Source of the DNA: Nitrospirota bacterium
Lineage (GTDB): Bacteria > Nitrospirota > Thermodesulfovibrionia > Thermodesulfovibrionales > Dissulfurispiraceae
Reading direction: 5' to 3'
Assembly: GCA_963710375.1 (NCBI GenBank)
Contig: CAVPZX010000005.1
Location: 1-64,000, forward strand
DNA length: 64,000 bases
Each line of letters starts with the position of its first letter. Within the stretch, counting starts at the first letter, position 1. The notes under the pieces are model-generated. The model was not told where the DNA came from. It saw only the letters and a list, made by a program, of their open reading frames with translations, and made no database searches. The position numbers and the translations under genes were made by a program. Positions 60,825-64,000 of this stretch are shown piece after piece.

Positions 60825-61904
60825 TCAGTCAATTTCACGACTGTGCTTGTCGTACCATTCGATAATAGGCTTCCTATATATTGTGTCAAATTTCTGTCCT
60901 GACAACTCATTGAACAGCTTGGCGGCTTCTTCATTAACTTTCAAGCTGTGGTCTGTTCTTAAAACATCAACAAAGAAGTCGAGCTTTTGTTTCTTTGTTA
61001 TGTCGGGTCTTTGCCTTATCAGGTAATGCATTAATGCGTCCCTATCTATAGGAAGCCCCGCTGATCGGAATTCGGTTCGCAATTCAGGCAGACTTAACCT
61101 TGACGGATCAACGCCGGTTTTAAACGGATAAGGGTATGAAGCAACAATGGCGTCCGTTCGTTCTTCAGAAATGATCGCCCTGACCGCTTGTTCGGCTTTA
61201 GCTCTCAGCGGATAGGACTTATCATTTGACCATGTCCACAACTGCTCGAATGCATCCCTATCATCGTTCTTTGCGGCAGTAACAACTGCAAGAAAAGTGG
61301 CAGTATTCTGCATATTTTGGAGTGTGTCCCGGGCAGCTGCTATCTCTCCTTTAACGGTCTGTATATTCTTATTAGCTTCGTCTATCTTGGGTTGAATCTG
61401 GTTTGTCATTATGTCATTTATGATCGGGATTGCAATTGTATCTATCCGTTCCGTGGCTTTTTCGGTGACGAGTTTGCTTATCTTTTCAGTCTTGAATTGT
61501 TCATCAATCTTTTTTTCTACCTTTTGACCAAGTACTCCAACTTTTCTTTCGACCTCTTGATTAAGAACGCCGACCTGTTGCGAAAGGTGCGACTGCATTT
61601 CTGAAAATAACGCCTGCTGTCTGTCTTGCATTTGCTTTTCTTGCCGTTCCATATCGGTCTTAATAAGTTCTTTTTGTTCCTTTATATCTTCGCGAGTATT
61701 CTTCCTGAAATCAGCAGCGTCCTTAAATGTTAAGATGCCTATCACCACGACCATAAGCGTAATACATCCAGCGGCAAGTTTGTAATACATGCCAACCCTG
61801 GAAACCTCTCTTTCAGCGTGTCCTGATATCTCCCTCACGAACTCTAAAAGGTTTTTTCCAGACAATCCTTCAGAATTGGACTGTGGCACTTTATCTTCTG
61901 ACAC
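60825..61904 (-). CDS. Hypothetical single-TM coiled-coil protein
   Basis: AGGAGG SD; TM LAAGCITLMVVVIGIL followed by a long coiled coil. Confidence 0.75.
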   Translation of the reverse strand: MSEDKVPQSNSEGLSGKNLLEFVREISGHAEREVSRVGMYYKLAAGCITLMVVVIGILTFKDAADFRKNTREDIKEQKELIKTDMERQEKQMQDRQQALFSEMQSHLSQQVGVLNQEVERKVGVLGQKVEKKIDEQFKTEKISKLVTEKATERIDTIAIPIINDIMTNQIQPKIDEANKNIQTVKGEIAAARDTLQNMQNTATFLAVVTAAKNDDRDAFEQLWTWSNDKSYPLRAKAEQAVRAIISEERTDAIVASYPYPFKTGVDPSRLSLPELRTEFRSAGLPIDRDALMHYLIRQRPDITKKQKLDFFVDVLRTDHSLKVNEEAAKLFNELSGQKFDTIYRKPIIEWYDKHSREID

Positions 61905-61999
61905 AATGAGCCCTCCTTTCTGAAAATATCTATTCTATTAAAACATCCCTGGCTGATCGCCCTTATCTTCCTTTGCTCCGCGTCCTTGAAGGTGCTTTT

Positions 62000-63604
62000 T
62001 TAAAATAATTCCTTCTGGTCTTTCTTCTTTTCGAGGGCTGCTTTTTTGAATGTAAGACCACCAGCGCCCAAATCAGGATATACGGGCCTTTCCTTCCCGT
62101 CCAGGAGTCCTTGTATGGTAAGAATTTGAATTTTAGGAAAGCTCTTGCCAGTTATCTCCGACGTGTAAAAGCCTGCCTTGGCGGCTTCGACTTCCATAGG
62201 CTTAGTTACTTCTGACAACGTCACAAAAAGACCTATTTGAGCTTCGTCTCTCTGAACTACACCCACCAAATCCCTTACCATTGGAACGCTGACATTTTCG
62301 CCGCCCTTCACGGACACTATTATCTTTCCTGTTTTTTTCTGATCCTCATGAAAGAAAATTAGTCCGTCTATACCACTATCAGCGCCTTTCTTTTTTCCCT
62401 TATAAGGCTGTGCATCAACTAAAGAGCATGCCCACCACTGGAATTGGTATTTGTCTCGTGTAGCGAGGTCTTTAGCGCCCTCATAATCTTTCGGTGTGCC
62501 ATGGACTTCATAGGAAACCTCCGGAAAGGCATCTTTTAGACGCTTTTCAATTAGGGAAATGGCAAGATGTGTAATATCTATGCCTATCCACTTACGATGG
62601 AGTTTCTCGGCTGCATGTACCGCCGTTCCGCATCCGCAAAACGGATCAAGCAAGATGTCGTCCTCACTTGAAGAAGCGGAGATAATTCTTTCAAGGAGGG
62701 CTAACGGCTTTTGAGTGGGATATCCCAGTCTCTCGGCAGCCTGTGCTCCGATGGGCATTATATCTGTAATCACTGATTTAATAGGAGTGCCTTTTTGCTC
62801 GTGCAAATATCTCTTGAGATAAGGACGCCCACTCTTACTCCATTCCAGCCGGGAAGCGGCATCCAGTGCTTCCAATTTCTCTCGCACAACTCGCCAACCC
62901 CATTCCGGCTTGTAGCCCTTGTATTCATAGGAAAGGTTGGGACGTGGTCCCATTGAGGCCGAACGTATGATATGATCAAGGCGATAAATACCTCTTTCAT
63001 CGTTATAACGATAGAAATCCTCGACATATTTAGGATCATGAGCAGTGAATACTGGGTTCCAGACAAAATTATTGCTCTTGCTGTAAAAAAGAATGGTATC
63101 GTGAACACTTCCCCATTTCATCGAATCATTGTGACTACTCGTTCGTTGCCAGATTATTTCATTCCTAAAATTCTCTGCACTAAATACACTATCCAGAACA
63201 ATCTTTAAATAATGGGATGCAGTAGGATCACAATGCAAGTAAAGACTCCCAGTCGGTTTTAGTACACGATGTAGTTCTGTTAGCCGGTTGGCCATCATAG
63301 TAAGATAAGCCATCATATCATTCTCACCAAGGAAGCGACGTAACGACTGCATCATCTCAGCGACGTCTGTATTTTTGCCATGTACCAACTGCGCAAATTC
63401 CGATTCAGCCTGCTGTCCCCAATGCCAGGTGTCTTCAAATGCTTCTATTTGTGCGTGGCTGCTGTGGCCCTTCGGAGATTTAAAAAGAACATTATATGTA
63501 GCCGAACTGTTGAAAGGCGGATCAAGATATATGAGATCAATGGTCTCATCCTTAATTTCGTCGCGTAGTACCTGAAGGTTATCGCCAAAATATAACTTGT
63601 TCAC
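62000..63604 (-). CDS. N6A/N4C DNA methyltransferase (beta class) fused to C-terminal Mrr-like endonuclease domain
   Basis: LIYLDPPF, LYLHCD, GYPTQKP..LLERII, LDPFCGCGT; C-terminal ADSGIDG..IVSVKGG..VRDL.G. Confidence 0.88.
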   Translation of the reverse strand: MNKLYFGDNLQVLRDEIKDETIDLIYLDPPFNSSATYNVLFKSPKGHSSHAQIEAFEDTWHWGQQAESEFAQLVHGKNTDVAEMMQSLRRFLGENDMMAYLTMMANRLTELHRVLKPTGSLYLHCDPTASHYLKIVLDSVFSAENFRNEIIWQRTSSHNDSMKWGSVHDTILFYSKSNNFVWNPVFTAHDPKYVEDFYRYNDERGIYRLDHIIRSASMGPRPNLSYEYKGYKPEWGWRVVREKLEALDAASRLEWSKSGRPYLKRYLHEQKGTPIKSVITDIMPIGAQAAERLGYPTQKPLALLERIISASSSEDDILLDPFCGCGTAVHAAEKLHRKWIGIDITHLAISLIEKRLKDAFPEVSYEVHGTPKDYEGAKDLATRDKYQFQWWACSLVDAQPYKGKKKGADSGIDGLIFFHEDQKKTGKIIVSVKGGENVSVPMVRDLVGVVQRDEAQIGLFVTLSEVTKPMEVEAAKAGFYTSEITGKSFPKIQILTIQGLLDGKERPVYPDLGAGGLTFKKAALEKKKDQKELF

Positions 63605-63677
63605 TCCGGTATTATAATCATTTCAATAATCGAAGTATATATTTGCCCCGCCGTGTCTCTGCCCCTTTTCTGCGGAC

Positions 63678-63707
63678 AAAAAAACGGGACGACTGTTATA
63701 TCGTCCC
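63678..63707 (-). terminator. Rho-independent terminator
   Basis: Minus strand GGGACGA-loop-TCGTCCC followed by GTTTTTTT. Confidence 0.65.
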
Positions 63708-63747
63708 TTGTCAGTTTAAAGCCTGTATGACCTTCTCCTTGCGTCTG

Positions 63748-64000
63748 TCAGCGTCTAAAACCCCCTGAGACATCCATAACGCCGCCGTTTGCCCCTGAGT
63801 CGTCTGCAAGGACGAAGCCGCCGGCGTCCTTACGCTTCGCCCGATTGGCGTCTTGCTCCTTCTTTTCGGCTTCGAGCGTGACTTTTGCGGCCCTCGCCAT
63901 CATGATATACTGTCGGAGATCCAAGGGCCTGCCCAGCGGCCCGTAACTCGGCGGTCTGTCAGTCTCCTGCAGATACGCAATGACCTGTATGTTGAGATCG
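63748..64000 (-). CDS. 3' end of hypothetical protein (starts beyond window)
   Basis: Open frame DLNIQVIAYLQ...GGFRR* followed by the terminator. Confidence 0.5.
   Translation of the reverse strand, partial: DLNIQVIAYLQETDRPPSYGPLGRPLDLRQYIMMARAAKVTLEAEKKEQDANRAKRKDAGGFVLADDSGANGGVMDVSGGFRR

Larger units (their letters stand above)
53382..64000. mobile_element. Integrated element (prophage/ICE-like island) starting at the tRNA-Leu 3' end and continuing beyond the window
   Basis: Abrupt switch to orphan and phage-like genes, two DNA MTases, GC mosaicism, and arm-type repeats at 53438-53482. No integrase within the window. Confidence 0.75.

Noticed and set aside
1..64000. CRISPR array, rRNA, reverse transcriptase/retron or phage structural genes
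   Set aside because: No regularly spaced repeats, rRNA signatures, RT motifs or capsid/terminase-like ORFs were seen.

Overview
Bacterial chromosomal window; gene content and order suggest an anaerobic Gram-negative such as Nitrospirota/Thermodesulfovibrionia (inference). (1) 1-1256: an IS481-family element inserted into a DUF302-like gene. (2) 2.4-25.5 kb: an LPS core/surface-glycan cluster (GT9 x4, GT4 x5, nucleotide-sugar dehydrogenase, deacetylase, methyltransferase, WaaL-like ligase, MsbA-like ABC transporter). It is split by an accessory islet at 9.2-15.9 kb carrying ORF6N, a RAYT remnant, a complete 3-gene DDE/AAA transposon with a 5-bp TSD, and two TA pairs. (3) 25.5-40.5 kb: two-component genes, SulP, a frameshifted histidine kinase, a CusCBA-type efflux operon with duplicated FixH/YtkA genes, and an MNT-HEPN pair. 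(4) 40.5-53.4 kb: core genes queF, trpF, trpBA, accD, folC, lptD, truB, purB and tRNA-Leu(GAG). (5) 53.4-64 kb: the left part of an integrated element at the tRNA-Leu 3' end. It carries a C5 methyltransferase with an unusual basic N-terminal extension and a CCGG-dense divergent promoter, small phage-like genes, duplicated structured non-coding elements around a promoter-sRNA-small ORF cassette, and an N6/N4 MTase-Mrr-like fusion. Best novelty candidates: the MTase/RHH CCGG switch, the repeat-flanked sRNA cassette, and a ~200-bp palindromic element whose outer arms differ between copies.
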